Positions 63,131-64,000 of a DNA stretch of 64,000 nt are shown one piece after another. The notes below the pieces were generated by a model, which saw nothing but the letters and a program-made list of their open reading frames with translations, searched no databases and had not been told where the DNA came from. Numbering within the stretch: the first letter of the stretch is position 1; every line of letters begins with the position of its first letter. Source of the stretch: Amoebidium appalachense (lineage: Eukaryota > Protista > Ichthyosporea). The stretch is taken from positions 5,224,907 through 5,288,906 of the forward strand of contig CAVNZM010000001.1 of the NCBI GenBank assembly GCA_963693365.1, read 5' to 3'. The position numbers and the translations under genes were made by a program.

Positions 63131-63498
63131 GTTCACAAACCCTGGTGTCATGAAAAGAAGGTGAGTCACAGTGGGATGTTGGTGGTGGGGGGGGGGGGGG
63201 GGGGAGGGGGGGGGGGGGCGGGAGAAAATGGGAAAGGAAGGTGATGATCAGGACTCAGAGGAAGCATGAAGGTGAAGGGGGGAGAAAATTTGAGTGCGCG
63301 CATGGTGTGTGTGTGTTTGGGCGTGGATGTGCGGCCGTATGCGTGTAGGTATGAGCCGGTTTCAGTATGCTTCCGTTTGAGTATCTGTGCCGGATATGCG
63401 AGGAAAGGTGTGGGGTTGGTGGATTGGGTCTTCTTCTTTTCTTTCCTTTTTCTTTTTTCTTTCCCCCTTTTTTTTTTTTAGCTCCGGGGGGGGAGGAA

Positions 63499-63537
<39 letters not shown>

Positions 63538-63693
63538 CATCAAGGATTGGGGCACCGTCACAATCTCCCAAGTTGATATGTCGTTTCCCGAGCGAAAGCT
63601 GCATATGCTTGAAAGAAAGACCGACGCATAAATATTTCAACCCTCAGGCTTCAACATCTAATGCTTGCCCTTCTGTTGCAAGAGTCTATGTGT

Positions 63694-63786
<93 letters not shown>

Positions 63787-63804
63787 TGTGATGTGTGTGT
63801 GGAG

Positions 63805-63881
<77 letters not shown>

Positions 63882-64000
63882 GGGGGGGAGGTGAGGAGGG
63901 GGATGGGGGAGGGTGGGGGGGGGGGGGGAGACGGGGATAAGGGGAGCAAAAGGAGAACATATGTATGGTCGTGGGAGATAGACACGTAGGCCAATATATA

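Overview
Intron-rich eukaryotic genomic DNA, most likely from a unicellular opisthokont or holozoan (inferred from protein features). Introns and intergenic DNA are packed with poly-C/poly-G, (CA)n/(GT)n and (GA)n tracts, so nearly all ORFs in the supplied track are repeat artefacts. Splicing exons by hand gives 10 protein-coding genes in strictly alternating orientation: RPS24 (+); two head-to-head UPF0045/thiamine-binding (ECM15-like) paralogs (-/+); a secreted trypsin (-); a lysosomal/gastric acid lipase with a probable GC-AG intron (+); a LURP-one/Tubby_C_2 protein (-); a bacterial-like HAD-IA phosphatase with an intronless CDS (+); a 19-exon NRBF2/Atg38 homolog (-); a SUV39/SETDB1-like histone methyltransferase with an unusual ARID-PHD-preSET-SET-postSET architecture (+); and a ~456-aa protein carrying nine PDE6gamma/GPR158-type [ED]-[VI]-x-P-W-[ED] motifs (-). 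Also present: a degenerate LINE RT fragment, a hairpin MITE and several minisatellites. Four genes carry single-base frameshifts, probably assembly errors. No tRNA, rRNA or CRISPR array was recognised. Family assignments come from recalled motifs, not database searches.
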